NCBI GenBank assembly: GCA_965112155.1
Contig: OZ218102.1
Direction: 5' to 3' (one strand)
DNA length: 64,000 nt
Source: Podarcis liolepis
Lineage: Eukaryota
Shown here one piece after another: positions 1 to 13,500 of this stretch. Positions within the stretch are counted from its first letter, which is position 1; every line of letters begins with the position of its first letter. The translations under genes were made by a program, and so were the position numbers. The notes below the pieces were generated by a model that saw only the letters and a list, made by a program, of their open reading frames with translations, was not told where the DNA came from and did not search any database.

Positions 1-231
1 ATGTTGTGCAAAAATGAACTGGTATAGACATCCTGCTAAGTATGATTTATTTATTTTTTAAGGAACAAAGGATTCAAGGAAACAGTGCACATTACACCTA
101 AATACTTAAGGCAGCTTTTTAGTGAACTTGAAGCTGTCTGCCAACAGTGACTGCATTCTGCTTGTGAGCTTAATGGTGTATTTTTGGGGTGATCTAAATC
201 TACATAAATGCTTCTTGTATACCATTAACAG

Positions 232-312
232 ATATTCCCCTATGAACTGCTCATGGTGTCCAACAGAGGGCGAAGTAAAATTCTACGAGAAGTGGATAGA
301 ACCAGGCTGGAG
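232..312 (+). CDS. ABLIM1: Actin-binding LIM protein 1, penultimate coding exon (IFPYELLMVSNRGRSKILREVDRTRLE)
   Basis: Acceptor ...cattaacag|ATA at 231/232 and donor GAG|gtaaga at 312/313; 81 nt, phase 0. The peptide matches the recalled ABLIM1 villin-headpiece N-part (NRGRxKILREVDRTRLE). Confidence 0.95.
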
Positions 313-427
313 GTAAGAGAATATCAGGCTCCCCAAACAGATGTTTGGGCTAATGGTTTTAAAAGGATACAGGCCTCTTGTTTAAACATTTGGACTGATA
401 GCTGCCCTTTTCCTTGTCTTCCTTCAG

Positions 428-541
428 CGTCACTTAGCACCTGAGGTTTTCCAAGAAATATTCGGCATGACGATACAGGAATTTGATAAATTACCTCTCT
501 GGAGACGCAACGACATGAAGAAGAAAGCCAAACTCTTCTGA
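428..541 (+). CDS. ABLIM1: ABLIM1 terminal coding exon ([37 protein letters not shown])
   Basis: Polypyrimidine tract + cag acceptor at 425-427, in frame with the previous exon across a 115-nt intron. Villin headpiece signature LPLWRR..KKKAKLF, TGA at 539-541. Confidence 0.96.
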   Translation, partial: RHLAPEVFQEIFGMTIQEFDKLPLWRRNDMKKKAKLF

Positions 542-629
542 ATCCCATTCTCTCCTTTGGAGGGGAGAAAATACCACATATAGGATAATGTATCATACTT
601 AAGTTCAAACGCTTTTTGGAGAGCAACCA

Positions 630-647
630 CGAGAGAGAGAGAGAGAG
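630..647. repeat. (GA)n microsatellite in proximal 3'UTR
   Basis: Direct read of a GA run. Confidence 0.85.
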
Positions 648-1803
648 GAAATGGGGGTTAAAGGGAAAATCTGAGAAAGGCACCTATATATTCCTTGCAG
701 TTGTGCAAAGGCCTTTCAAGCTTGCCAGAGAGTTGTGACCCAAAAATGTTGACGTTCTAAATCTCAGCAGTGGTCTTTATGCATTATAAAGTTTTTACAT
801 GGCATCAATACATAATGTGGAGCTGCTCTGCCCTCCCTCGTTTCCCTTCACTTTTATTTAAAGGTCAAGGGGCAATGCTGATAGAGCCAGGAAGTGCCAA
901 TAGGATGCCAACCCACAATTACGTCGTCATAGTCTCTCCAAGGAATGAATGACTATATTCTGTAGCTAACGAAGGAATCCTGTGTAATATATTTATCCTT
1001 TGGGCACAGCCATTACAATAAATTGGCCTTGCCTTCAAATGGCCTATTATTGTTGCAGTGCCCATCAGCAAAGCAGGCCACTGAGCCAGAGTTCTGCTGC
1101 ATACCAGCCAAATTCTTTGCAAGGAAACTCCCAGCTTGCACTTGCACACATCTGCTAGGAATCTTAAGAACAAATTATCTTATTTTGTTGTCAAGTCTTC
1201 TCTCCTCCCTTTGTCCGGCTTTAAGCGAGTTTGCTAAGTGTTAACAAGAGCAGCAAGCCAAAAATGAAAGAGTTGGTTTTCTCGTTCTCTGTTGAGAAAA
1301 GTATTTCCAAAGTGAAATACAGGTGTAGGCGTAATTGAGATGCTACTTGTGCCATGTGGCAATCTATGGGGCATGGTCTAGCCACATGCTGCTTTGGTAA
1401 TGTTTCTAAAGGACTAGTATGTGGGCTCTTGCAATTATGTTGTTGCTTCCCATGCTGTCACCACCTGTTATGGTGTCTAGCAGATGGGAAATAATCACAT
1501 CACCCCTGCAAAGATGGCTCAACCCTGCAAACATCAATAGTGTGGGATGGGACCTGACTACACCAAAGCAAGTTCCATCCCATTACAAAGGGAATGACTG
1601 AATCAGGGCTACTGTCGCCTATACCAGCATACATCCACTGGCGTGCTGTACAGTTGAACTCCAGAATGTCTGTGACAAGAAAATGATATTTAATCCACTT
1701 TGTAGAGGAGATGCTATGAAACATGAATTTTGCTGCTAAAAAATGACAGATCAGCCACTTTCTTGGATGCTTTGATGACACAGCACACTATCAAGTTAAG
1801 TAA

Positions 1804-2177
1804 TGGCCTGATTTGCATATCATGCTAAGCCAAATCATGGCTTAGTCCTGGCAACTGTACATATTCCCAGAGAGGAGACCGCAGTGACTTTGCTCCTCCC
1901 TGGTCCTTGTAGTGCTGTGCTAAGCTAAACCTTGCCTTGGGTCATCTGAACCCAGGCTTGAGGTTTAGCTCTCCTGAGTAAACCATGAATCATAGGGCAA
2001 ATCTTGGTTGCAACTTCTGGTTAAGTCTGGAGTGAGCTAAACCACAAGCCTGGGTTCAGACGACCCAGTGAGCCATGCCTTTGCTTAGCACAGTGTCGCA
2101 TGGCAGCAGGACCATGGAGAAGTGAAGCACTCCTGGAGCCCATGCATCTGGCTTAGCATGACATAGGAACCAGGCCA
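1804..2177. mobile_element. Foldback/palindromic MITE (PIF/Harbinger-like termini GGCC)
   Basis: Outer arms tggcctgatttgcatatcatgctaagccaaat / atctggcttagcatgacataggaaccaggcca; inner arms tgggtcatctgaacccaggcttgaggtttagctc / gagctaaaccacaagcctgggttcagacgaccca. Confidence 0.8.
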
Positions 2178-5094
2178 GTGTTTGATTTGGTTTTATTCAG
2201 GCAACTACAGGCTCATCCATAGTTAGGGCGCTTGGGTTTTCTTTTTTTGTAATATTTCAAAGCTGCAGCCTAGGCTATTTGCTTTATTTATCCTCAGTGC
2301 CTAGAAGAAGGAACGCCTAAGACAGTTTCTGAATTCAGTGATGCTCCCTCATCTACATGCAGCCCTGAGCATTGTGTGAAGTGGCCCCCATCTAGCAGAA
2401 CTGCCTAGAGGGCTGTGCATATTCTGTTCATTTCAGAACAGTTGATAACATAATTTTCACAGACTCCAGAGCTATTTCTTGCCAACAGTAGGATGCACTT
2501 GATACATTTATCTTTTACTTTGAGTGGTGATTGTTGCCGTTTTCACTGTTGTTTTCAATAGAAATTTGACACTAGCACGTCACTTACAGGGAAATACTAT
2601 ACATGTTTACTCAGAAGTAAAGCCCACTGTCTTCAATGAGACTTCCTTCTGTTCAGCCCCTGAAGGATGTCTTTGAGGGCAGAACATTCAGAACTTCCCG
2701 CCCTTACATTTAAGAGCTCAGCAGAGAGAACCGTTTGCCAAAAGGCGTTATCATAGAAGCGCTTGATAGGTTGGTCATCCAAGCCCATATCCTCGTAAAG
2801 AGGATCTTTCATGCATCAAATATTGATTTGTAGAAGAACATGTGGTAAAATGCAAGCACATGTCTTTTTTGAAAGTCTGGTCAAGTGGTGAAAATAATCT
2901 TACCACAAGTCTACACCATAACTCTGGGAAGCAGAGTGAGCGGCAACATTTTCACCACCACACTGATGAACCAGCTTATGAAGTGGCTACCTGGTGAAGT
3001 CATATGCCAGATCCTTTATCAGTTAGCAGGAGGAGAGTGCCAGCAGCAGAATAATAAGAACCCCAGCTCTGCAGGGGAGGTTAGCCATGTTATGTGGAAA
3101 CCTAAACATCTCACCCACTAAAATCTGTCACATATCCCACATGATGTTGTAGCAGCATTAGGATGCTCCAATAGACTTTCAATCCATAGTTGCATTATAG
3201 CAACACTTTCCATCATTATATTGCGTTGACTCATTAGTTCAAACTCACTGCCGTTTACAATCAAAAGAACATTCTGGATTAATGGCTTGCAATAGGCCAC
3301 ACTGTTCAATGGAGGAAAAAATGGATATTTGTACCAAGATCAGACAATGGTTTCGAAGCTACTCTATAAAGGAATATATGGGCTGGCTGTTCTATGCCTT
3401 ATTCCTAGGCATGCTGTTGTCACTGCCACAACATCCAACATCTCAGTGACTTGGCTTTGCACTTCCCTTCATGCTACCGCTTTCCAGCCTATGACCTCTG
3501 GAGATACATTTCTCTCTGTCTCACAGAAAGGGGCACAGATAGTATATCCTGAATGCAGTGAAACAAATTAACCAACTTCCAGTCCCACCAGCTGATTTCA
3601 ACACTCATTTTCTATACTGCCAAGCATGGCATCAGTTCCCAGTTGTCTCTTATGCTGATCGGACGTCCCTCAGCTCAGCAATTAAGAGAAGCTAAAAGTG
3701 TGGGTGAACCACTTGTTGCATGGATTCTACTTGGAAAACATCTCATGTGCCCTCTAAACATGTGGGGACCAATGTTCTGTAGGCTCTAGCCACACAGAAG
3801 AATGCCAGTGTCCTAACACAGCGAGAACTTCCTTTTGGTGCTTAACTAAGGACATTTTTCTCTACCCCCACCCTTCTCTCACACATTTCTACTTCCTGAT
3901 CCCAAATTCCATCTACTGTAAAGAATGCAACATTTTAGTTGACATTATTTTCCAAATATGACAGTCTCTTCCTAATAAGGGACTGTAGCAATAAGTAAAC
4001 AAACAAATACCTAATTTTTCCCACAGGTGTTGCTTTCCCAACAGTTTGAGGGGGGGAAGCAATGCCAGTTGAATTTCTGTCTGAAATATAGCAGCCCCCA
4101 AAAGTGGCAAATCTACAGAGGCCCTTCTTGAATTCCTGCCTTTGAAAAGGTGGCCAAATAAGCATAGTTTAACCCCAAATCATGATATAAGAAAATAATG
4201 TGGGCTTCAGGTAGTTTTGTGAATTTCTTCTTTGTGCAAAATGCCTTCTAACGGGGCAGGCGAGTGAAATCATGCTCATTATTACATCTTGAAGATGTTC
4301 ACCCATGTGTCAGAATGATAACACTGCATAAGTCGGATCATTATTTTCTAGGGACTTCCTTCCAAACCTATGAACATTAACAGGAGGTTTGGTAATTAAC
4401 TTCAGCAAGCTGGTGGAGTTCAGCAGTATAAATCGGTGGCAAATTCATGCTGCTCTTTGCTCCCAGGCCTGGTTCTTCAAGGGTAACAGATACTACTTTG
4501 CATTGCCTGTTTTCCAAACTAATCTGTCATTGAAGCAACTGGCACAATCAAGGTCTGATGTAAATCCCATGGAATTTGATGGAAAGAGTCACAGTTAGGC
4601 TATTTCTCAGCCAGCAAGGTCAGAAAAGAACCTTTATCAAGTGTTGTGTATTCCCATGACAACACTTTGTATTGTTAATGACATCATTTGGTGCAAAATA
4701 GTAAAAGTTGCTGACAACCCTTGTAGTGAGGGAGCCTTATTAATATTCTGTAGGAAGATCACTTTAATGAGATATATTTTGCACCAGTTTGATAAGTTTT
4801 AACTGCAAGGTTTTTAATTACATGATTCTTCCCTTTCCTGGGCAGCCAATTTCCAGAATGCAACCAAGTAGCCTTTTTCAGATTATTTTCGTTAAGTTTG
4901 TTTGTTCCTCCTCCTTTGTTGTAGGACAGCTCTGATTTGGAGCCTCTGTTTAAGAAAAAAAAAATCACCAATACTTATCTATACTGTTAAGTCTGCTTCT
5001 TCTGCAAAACGAAACATTGGCCGTCATTGCTGTTCATCTCATCCAACCACCCCACTATAATCTACATCACTGTTGTACTCAAACCAAGTAAACA

Positions 5095-5170
5095 AATAAA
5101 GTTTTGAACTTTATTCTTATTGTGCTCTTTGGATATTTTTGTTTCGTGTATTTAGTTGTGTCTTGTTCAC
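5095..5170 (+). terminator. Polyadenylation signal AATAAA with downstream U/GU-rich element
   Basis: AATAAA at 5095-5100, followed by a strongly T/GT-rich tract (tgtgctctttggatatttttgtttcgtgtatttagttgtgtcttgtt). Confidence 0.7.
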
Positions 5171-7010
5171 CCTTTCAAAACCTTGATATAAAACAGATTT
5201 TGCACTGATGGCAGATGATGTACTTTGGGACAAAGGGTTGCTTTTTATCACATGTTTACAGGAAGAGAGAGGGCATTTTGGGAGTGGGACAGTCCTTGGA
5301 AAAGAGAGGCCCTTCATGGCTACAAGCATTAGGGAAAGTCACTCAGAGGGCACATTTAGGAAAAGAGGAGTTAAATTGCTTTGGAACATGTGGGGCTGAG
5401 TCCCAAAGCTGAAAGCCCACCATCCAGATCTCACTGGGCCCCCAGTTTGGCAGTCAAATGGTGTCCATAAATCAATGTGGGGGAATTAGCTTCTCCTGAT
5501 ATGGGATATGTGGAAAATATTATTCTTGTTCTGCTTCTGTGGCAGCTCATTACAGTGGCAGGAGGAACAACTTTTTACTGCCAATTGTAGAGGCAGCTGA
5601 GACTTAGTGGCCCTCTTTTGTGTTATCAGTTGATGAGAGGGACATACTTGCTACTATAACAAGGGGCAATGTTTGTCCACACCCCACAGCTCTGGGGACT
5701 TTGGTCTCATAACAACACTGAGGCCAGTTAGGCTTTGGTATAGTAACCAGCCAAAGGTCACCCAGTCAGTGTCATTATCTACTAGGGATTTGAACCTGGG
5801 CCTTCCCAGTCCTATTCTGCCATGGCCTCAACTTTGACCTCAGAGTCAGAGGAGAATCAGCCTGCCACATGCAGGGCTTGTCCACCATCCACCAAGTTCC
5901 AGATACTGAAGCTGAGCCAAAACCCTGTGAGAACCTTCCACATACCTCTCTTTCCTCTGTGTCTGCCCAATGGCAAGAGGCTGTAGAAGGGAGAAGCTCC
6001 AGCTATCATTCCAGAGATTGGTCCTTTATGAATTCACACTCTTCAGGCAGCGAGTAGAGCCTGGGAGGAACAGAATGGATGACGGGAACTCATAATGCCC
6101 CAGTTCACCTTTAGGCTTTGATGAAGCAAGTTGCTCACTAGAAGCATCCAAGGGGCTACAACCACCTGCCTCATGGGCATCTGTCAAGGATAAATGAGAA
6201 CACAGTTCAGCACTCAAGCGACACTACATGTAACATTCTTCATGTTGAAGGGCAATAAAGAGTCAAATGCTTTAAAACTGCCTGCCTCCTTGCGTGTATG
6301 ACTTGGGGTGGGGTGGGGATTGGCCTGTTTTCTACCCCTCCAGATCCTCATTTCTTTTTGAAATCCTTTCCATTCCCTTCTACTCTTGTTTTTCACTCCT
6401 TCCCCAACTGGTGTGTTGCATTTAAAATCAATACCATTATCCAGTAAAAATACTGCTACTGATGAAGAATAGTGATCCATTTTTAAAAAAAATTCAAGCT
6501 ACTATATATACTTCTGGGATCCAAGTTTAATTACACAGCAGCATTATATTGCTTGCCTATGCCTACTCCACAAGATTGCCTTCCCAGAGCTCACACTGCT
6601 GTGGCTTGCAAGGATTTAAGTGTGTCAAGTGAGTGTGGATGACTCACTTTCTGCAAAATAGCCAACATCTCCTTCAGCGTGTGATTGGACGTTTCCTGTG
6701 CATGTTCTCAGGTTGCAACAGGCAGAAAACCCTTTCTACTGCCACAGGTCTCCCATAATAGCTAGAGAATATGAAACCTGCAATTTGTAGATAGGTAGCT
6801 TCATTGGAAACCTAACAGTAGAGCAAGGGATGTGAATGAGCAAGTCATAATGCAAGTCACAGTAGAGGGGTTAATGCAGTGGCCGTCAAACCTTTCAGAT
6901 CAGTAGTCGTATTTAGAATTTTGAGAAGGTGCAGTGAATCACAAAATGGCTGCCATGGAAAGGAGCATGGGAAAGCACAAAAACAACATGGTTAGCATGG
7001 GGACAGCATA

Positions 7011-7244
7011 AAGTGGTACCTTGGGTTAAGTACTTAATTCGTTCCGGAGGTCCGTTCTTAACCTGAAATACCTGAAGCACCACTATAGCTAATGGGGCCT
7101 CCTGCTGCCGCCACGCCACCGGAGCACGATTTCTGTTCTCATCCTGAAGCAAAGTTCTTAACCTGAAGCACTATTTCTGGGTTAGCGGAGTCTGTAACCT
7201 GAAGCTTATGTAACCTGAAGCATATGTAACTCGAGGTACCACTG
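7011..7244 (+). mobile_element. Tc1/mariner (Tigger/pogo-like) MITE, family A copy 1
   Basis: TA flanks, TIR ~CAGTGGTACCTCGGGTTA (first base mutated), internal TAACCTGAA repeats; closely similar to four other copies. Confidence 0.9.
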
Positions 7245-8103
7245 TAATGCAAAATTAAAGAGGATACAGCCCTTGTTGCTTACTCAACCCCACCTCAGAC
7301 AACCTCGGGCTTATCATGGAAGTCAACTATGTCCTGCTGTTCCCTGAGTGTGAAGATCGCACAATATTGATCACACACACATACACACTGTTGCTGTAGG
7401 AGCATTTCCCACTTCCAAGAAAAATATACAAGGTGCCACACCATATTCTTTTCATGCACTCTCACTGCACATCTCCACTGCCCAAGTGCGTATCTCCCTG
7501 TTACAGACCACATTCATTCACCTCTTTTCTCACACACACCTTTCTCTTGATATAGGAATCGGGGGGTTTTAAGGGGAGGCACAGCAGGCAAATTTCTCAC
7601 AAAAAATGAGAACAATTGTGTCTGTACATCTGGCCTCATATCTCTGGTTCTTAAAATGCCAGAAATTGTTTGAAAAAGAGTGCTTGGGTATCAGAGGATC
7701 AAGGTTCATGCTCAGGGCATGAAAGAATGCCTTGGTGGATGCCAGGTTGATAAGCCTTGCATTAATGTATTTTTTAAAACTCCCTTGCAGCAGCAATTGC
7801 TGGTGCAGTCTGTTCTGGAAGAATAAAACAAGGGATGTTGATGCTGCCGACGTAGAAGCTGCAGAACAAAGAGGAGTGAGACAGGCATAATATGGATAAA
7901 ATTTACAGGGCTCTGAATCATTGTTCCATTCTGGAAATATTGCAAAGCCATTAAACAAAACAGTAATGTTAACAAGTGTTTCTTAAAGCTAAAGTCACAC
8001 ATGTGCCTGAAATTCATACTACACAGACCAAATATTCATTTCTCTCCCTTGCTCCGCACCGTACATTATAGATAAGTTGGAGGCTCCAAAGCATTCCAAG
8101 AAA

Positions 8104-8232
8104 TAGGGTTGCCATATTTTTAAAAGCAGGACACATTTGCAGACTTCTACCTTTAGTTATGGATCACTATGACAGCTCTACCCATGAAAAAAAGAGGATG
8201 TGTCCTGGAAAAGAGGACATATGGCAACCCTA
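8104..8232. mobile_element. hAT (Blackjack-like) MITE
   Basis: Perfect TIR TAGGGTTGCCATAT / ATATGGCAACCCTA with subterminal AGGACA motifs; TSD not evident. Confidence 0.75.
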
Positions 8233-10462
8233 ATGTGTCAATTCTTTGAACGTCAAGTAAGTGGCTCTGATGATTAAACTATGCCTTTCCCAACCTGGAG
8301 GAAGTAGGACCAGGATGAATGCTGTGCAACAGACATGGATGGCTGGAAGCGGGCAGAGCTGCGCTCACCACCCTACTTTAAAAGTGCGTTGCCACAGAAA
8401 AAGCTGCTCATCTGGCCTTTTCTTTGTAAGCATCAGCAAACACCAGCAACTGCATATGCAGCCTGCAATGAGGGTTTGTGGGCTCAAAAGGCACATCTCA
8501 CAGGTACTTAGGATGTGCATACCCAGGAAAAAAGAACAATAATGGTGCTTTGAGCCTGTGTGTCTGTTGTTGAAGGGCTGGCTGCAGACTGGAACCACAA
8601 GAGGTGTTGGCAACACAAACAGCAGCACTAATTAAAGAGGAAAGAATGAAGCCTTGATGAATCCCTTGCAGATCATAATGGCAAACTCAGCCAATATGCT
8701 CAGAGGGAATTTGTATCTGAATCTAGGACAAGTGTGGGCAGGAAGTAGATCTATTTATTGGTAGACTGATGGCCGATTTTCAGTAGACCAGCAAGAGTTT
8801 CTGACTCTTGCTGCCATAAAAACAGCAGTGAAAAGTTTCTCCTTAAATTCAGCTGTTAGAATCTCTGTTCTGTGCTAACTCACATGTAGGTTTATACTTG
8901 CACATACAGTTCGTTCCCGGTAATAACTCAAGGGATGTTGTCTTAGCTCTGTAACTGGCTTAGCTCTGCACACACAGCCTGGACTGGGATTTGGGGGTTG
9001 TGAGAGAGAGTAGATCCCACATGCCTTAAATTAGTCCATGTCTGAGCTAGGATCCCTATTTTCAAGTGAAATATTCAGTTTCTGTTCTTCAACTCATGTT
9101 TAGGCTTCCCCATTTTGTCTGTCACACTATTTTGGCCAAGTGAAGCCCACCTGCCCCATCTGTTTTCATCTGAGAGGCAGCTAAAGATGCAGCTGGGCCA
9201 ACAGTGGGCTTTGCAGGTACCATCTATCAGGTGACTTGCAGTGCCTGCAAACCACATACAGTCACCAGGATGTTTGAACAGGCATTAGACTTTATCATTG
9301 GTACTAATCAGCTTGGTTGTCGGCACTTGCAAAGTGCTGTGCCTTCGCTCACCAGGTTTGATTTCAAACACATGGGCAAATGAAAACAGGTCACCTGATG
9401 CCATTGTGGCTTAAGGTGGCATGCGCCACCATGCCAAACTAGCAGTGTCACAACTCACATCTAAAACATGTCAGTGATCTGCAAAACTTAACAACTGAAT
9501 TTCAGAATAAACGTCAAATTTGAAAGTTTCAACCCCAAAGTTGCTTCATATTTGAGAAGCCTTAATAGCAAACTTGATAATTCTCCTATTCATTATGAAC
9601 AACATTTGCCACCATGCGAAAAAGCAGTTTGTTCATTTGCTATTAACCCTCACAATGGGGCTTCAAATCCTTCTCTCTTGGCATTCTTTAATATCTGAAC
9701 TTACTAGCAGACTTTTAATCCCATTTAAACAAAAAACAAAAAACCCTTCAAACTCTAAAAGCCTCATTTTATTTCCTGTTTCCCTGATACTAAAATAATT
9801 CTGAGTTTCTGACCCCTGAGTAATGATGAAGGAATGCACTACGTTCCCCAACACAGCAAGGCAGCTGGTAAAGTGAATCTTCACAGCATGTTAAAAATAC
9901 AGATAGCAGTGCCAAAAACTAGATCTGATTGAAACACAGTCAAATGTCAGCACTAATTTGCTGTTAAATATATATGGCTCCTTGGGACCACTTCCTTTAG
10001 GAACTACAACATAAGACTTCAAGTGCCCCCCCTCCTTTACCACATCTGTTAAAAAAATTGTTTCCTCCAAAGCAAGGGGAGAAATCTGAAACAAAAATGT
10101 TATTTACATATACACCAATATACTTGTTTGTTATCTTTGCTTGTACTTTTATTGGTTTGAAGCTGTAACTAAATAAGACTTCAGTCCTGTCTTTTGTAGA
10201 AGGACCTTGGGAGCATGTCCAGATTGGGTTCTGTAGCTTGGAGAAAGGGAAAGTGCCATGAATTGTTCGAGAGGGTGCCTTTTTCAAAAAATTCATTTAC
10301 AGATTAAGGTTTTTATTTTTAAGGGCCCAGGAGTCCAGCAAAGTCAAGAGCCTATGTCAGCTTTAAACAGCCACTATGCTGCCATATTCTTCCGATTTTG
10401 TTTCAAGGATTTTAACCTGCAAGAGGTCCTGCATTCACATCCCAGATGAGCCCAATGTTTCT

Positions 10463-10597
10463 TAGGATTGTCATATGTCCTCTTTTTCCAAGACACTTCC
10501 TCTTTTTCATGGGTATGTAAAATGAGAGTCATCATAGCGATCCATAGTTAAAAGCAGAAGTTGGCAAATGTGTCCTCTTTTTTTGCTTGCAACCCTA
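10463..10597. mobile_element. Degenerate inverted copy of the 8104-8232 hAT MITE
   Basis: Begins taggattgtcatatgtcctctttt and ends ttgcaacccta; reverse-complement similarity to 8104-8232. Confidence 0.65.
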
Positions 10598-13500
10598 GTT
10601 TCCTGCATGAGTTTGAGCCCCCTTCCTGCTATATGATTCTATGAATTGTGGCATAATGCACTGCAAAGTGGCCTACCTTGCAAGTGTAAACATAATCAAA
10701 ATGCCAGAAATGGCTGCAGACATAATACAAGGAAGAACAGGATATGAATTCATAAAAGCATTTTGGTGACCAAAGGAGATGTGTAAACTATTAAGAAATA
10801 ACAAAATGGTACGGAGTCAGCATACATAGCAAATCAAAAACTCTTAGGTTACATTTGCTGGGTTAAGGTTACTGACAAAAATCATAAAATACATACACAC
10901 AACCCTAATTATAATAAACAAATATAGTTCTTTTCCTGGGATTTTTAATATAACTGAGAAAATGAACACACAGCTGAGCAACTTGTGACCGCTAGTGTTA
11001 AAAATGTTAACATTTATTGTGAAAGCCTTTTTTTGTGGAACCTAGAATCCCACCAGGCATGGTAAATACAGTGGACCTTGATTAAAGGAATGCCATGCAT
11101 TGGCCAGTTGTTGTGAACCCAAAGCTGCAGGCAAGCTTATAATCCTAAACTGTTTTCAAGACAGCTAGTGAATGAATCATTATTAGAAATTGCTTCTTTG
11201 GTGGCGTTAATACCCCAATTAAATGTTAAGTGGCTGCCAGGAGAAATCTCTGTGGCATTCTGGTAAGTGCTTAGTCCCAATTATCACCTTGTGGGGAGCA
11301 GGACAAGCAGGCAGGCTTCAGTTAGATAACCCAGAAGCCTTTGGGGGAGTGGCTGATGTAAATGCACAAAGTGCTGCAGTATGTACATCAGAACAGGGAT
11401 GGAGAACCTTTTTGCAGAGTGAGGGCCACATTCCCTTGTGGGCAACCTTTTGGGAGCCACATGCCTGTGGTGGGAGGGGACAGAGGAAAAAGCAGACAAG
11501 TCTCAGAAGTAAAAGGGTAACAGATAGGACTCTCTGCTTTGTACATTTTCTGCCATGCAAAGGTCAGTGGTTTCTGCATATGCACCCATCGCCAACCTTC
11601 ATTCAGATAAACCTTTGCTTTAAAACGTCCAAAAAAGGAGAGTTCACGACCTCTAAAACCTTACACCTAAACAGGCTTTTATTGTTGCCTGGTTTCTGTG
11701 CTTAGATCACAGCTTTCAGTTTAATTATTGCAATGTTTTTAATGTGTATGCACTTTTTAAATTTGTGGCTGTGTTTTTAGATAGCTCATTTATGTCAATG
11801 ATGCTTGCTACCTCCTTTTATCCATTGTTGGCTTGCATTATTGCTATTATTGTCATACTGTATATATATATTAATTTAAAAAACTTTAACACACGGTGAA
11901 CATTCTAATGGAACGGGAGGGCATAAATGACTGAAATAAATGAATTTTGAAGTCACAGCTTGAAAAGCAGTAGTTAACATGTGGATATCTAGAATTCGTT
12001 AAGGCTCTTTTGCACAGAGGGGTCACAAACCAACACTAAGTTAAACGGGTTTAAGGTCATTGAATCCACAGGCTTAAGCAGGCTTAACTCCATGTTGGAT
12101 TGGGGCCAATGCGTCTGTTCTGCTCCTGCAGAACTGAAATACCCTCACAGCAGGATGTTTGGTCAGATACAATTTTTTTTAAGTCCTACATAAAGTTCTA
12201 ATTGTGTCAGAGAACAGTATTTCCAGTCATCCATCTTCCTATCAAACCAGTGAATTTCAACTGTTTCATCCCCACTGGAAGTTTCCCTCTCCTTTTGAAC
12301 TTTTATTTATATTCTCTCAGTTGCTTCTACCAGAGGATCTCATGTGCATAGATCAGACCCCTTCAAAAAAGTCATTTGAATTACAGTGATTTTTTTCCAA
12401 GTAGGGAAGCAACTATCTCAACTTCTCTTTTTTTTTAAAAAAAAGGAAAAAAGTAAACAATAGTAACTTCAGTTAGAGATATGCAGAATGTGACCTATTT
12501 CCACAAAATGCATAGTGATGCTAGAAGACAGCAGTGGAATTTGTTAGGCCGCCTGGGAAAATAAGGGTTGAAATTTTCTTGTTTACAAAGCTGACTTCTC
12601 ATCTCACATAAAAACCAGCAGAAGTGGAAAAGGGGGGGGGGGACAAGGAGGATGGGAGAGAGAAAAGAAACCATTCACAATAGATGTGTCAACCAGAAGC
12701 TATTCCCACTTGTCTTGTTTGTGCTGAAGTCTGTGACAGAATATTTTTTATCCATTATTTTTTCAATGATATGTCGACATAAATTCAGTTTCATGCTATA
12801 CGTTTATGTGAGAAATTCTACAGCTCCATATGCAGCTGCAATTTGAAGAACTGTGGAAGGCTATTGACTTTGGCTGGACTGAACTGCACTGTGTCTAAGG
12901 AAAAAGCCAAGGCCCAAAACTTTATCTCTGGGAATATTCCAGAAAAAACACCCTTTCGTCAGCTCAGAACTGGTATGGGAGAGCAGATTCTGTAAAACGG
13001 AGAGTGATGCTCCCAATCTGTCTGGGGCCTGAAAGGCTCTCATGAGAATTCTACAAATTTCGGCTTCCCTTTTTTAAAAAGTAAAGACACAACCCCATCA
13101 AAAAGGAAAGTATCTTCATGAATGGAGAGGGAGCACTAAAGGATAGCAGGGAGTGGAACCATTGCCCACCCTTCTCTAGTCTTGCTTGAGTAAGATTACC
13201 ACACCTATTCCACTAACTTACATTCGCCGATTTATACAAAATCATGGATTTTATTTAGCAGGTTCTCAAATGAACTTCTTTTGGCTGGTACACTATTATC
13301 ACAAAAGAAATGGACGTCACAACACTTGCACACCAATTGCAAAAGCTGTCCAATTTGGGGGAAGGGTATTTTTATTGTAACCACGTAGCACATGGGTGGG
13401 AAACCTCAGACCTAGGGGCCAAATGTCCCCTTGGAAACTCTCCCAAGCCACTCCCTTCACAGGCTGTGCTTCACCCCCCCAGTATTTTGCCTGACCGGAA

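Larger units (their letters stand above)
542..5120 (+). other. ABLIM1: Putative long ABLIM1 3'UTR
   Basis: Follows the stop codon, is comparatively repeat-poor and ends at a canonical poly(A) signal; ABLIM1 has a multi-kb UTR in other vertebrates. The end is inferred. Confidence 0.6.
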
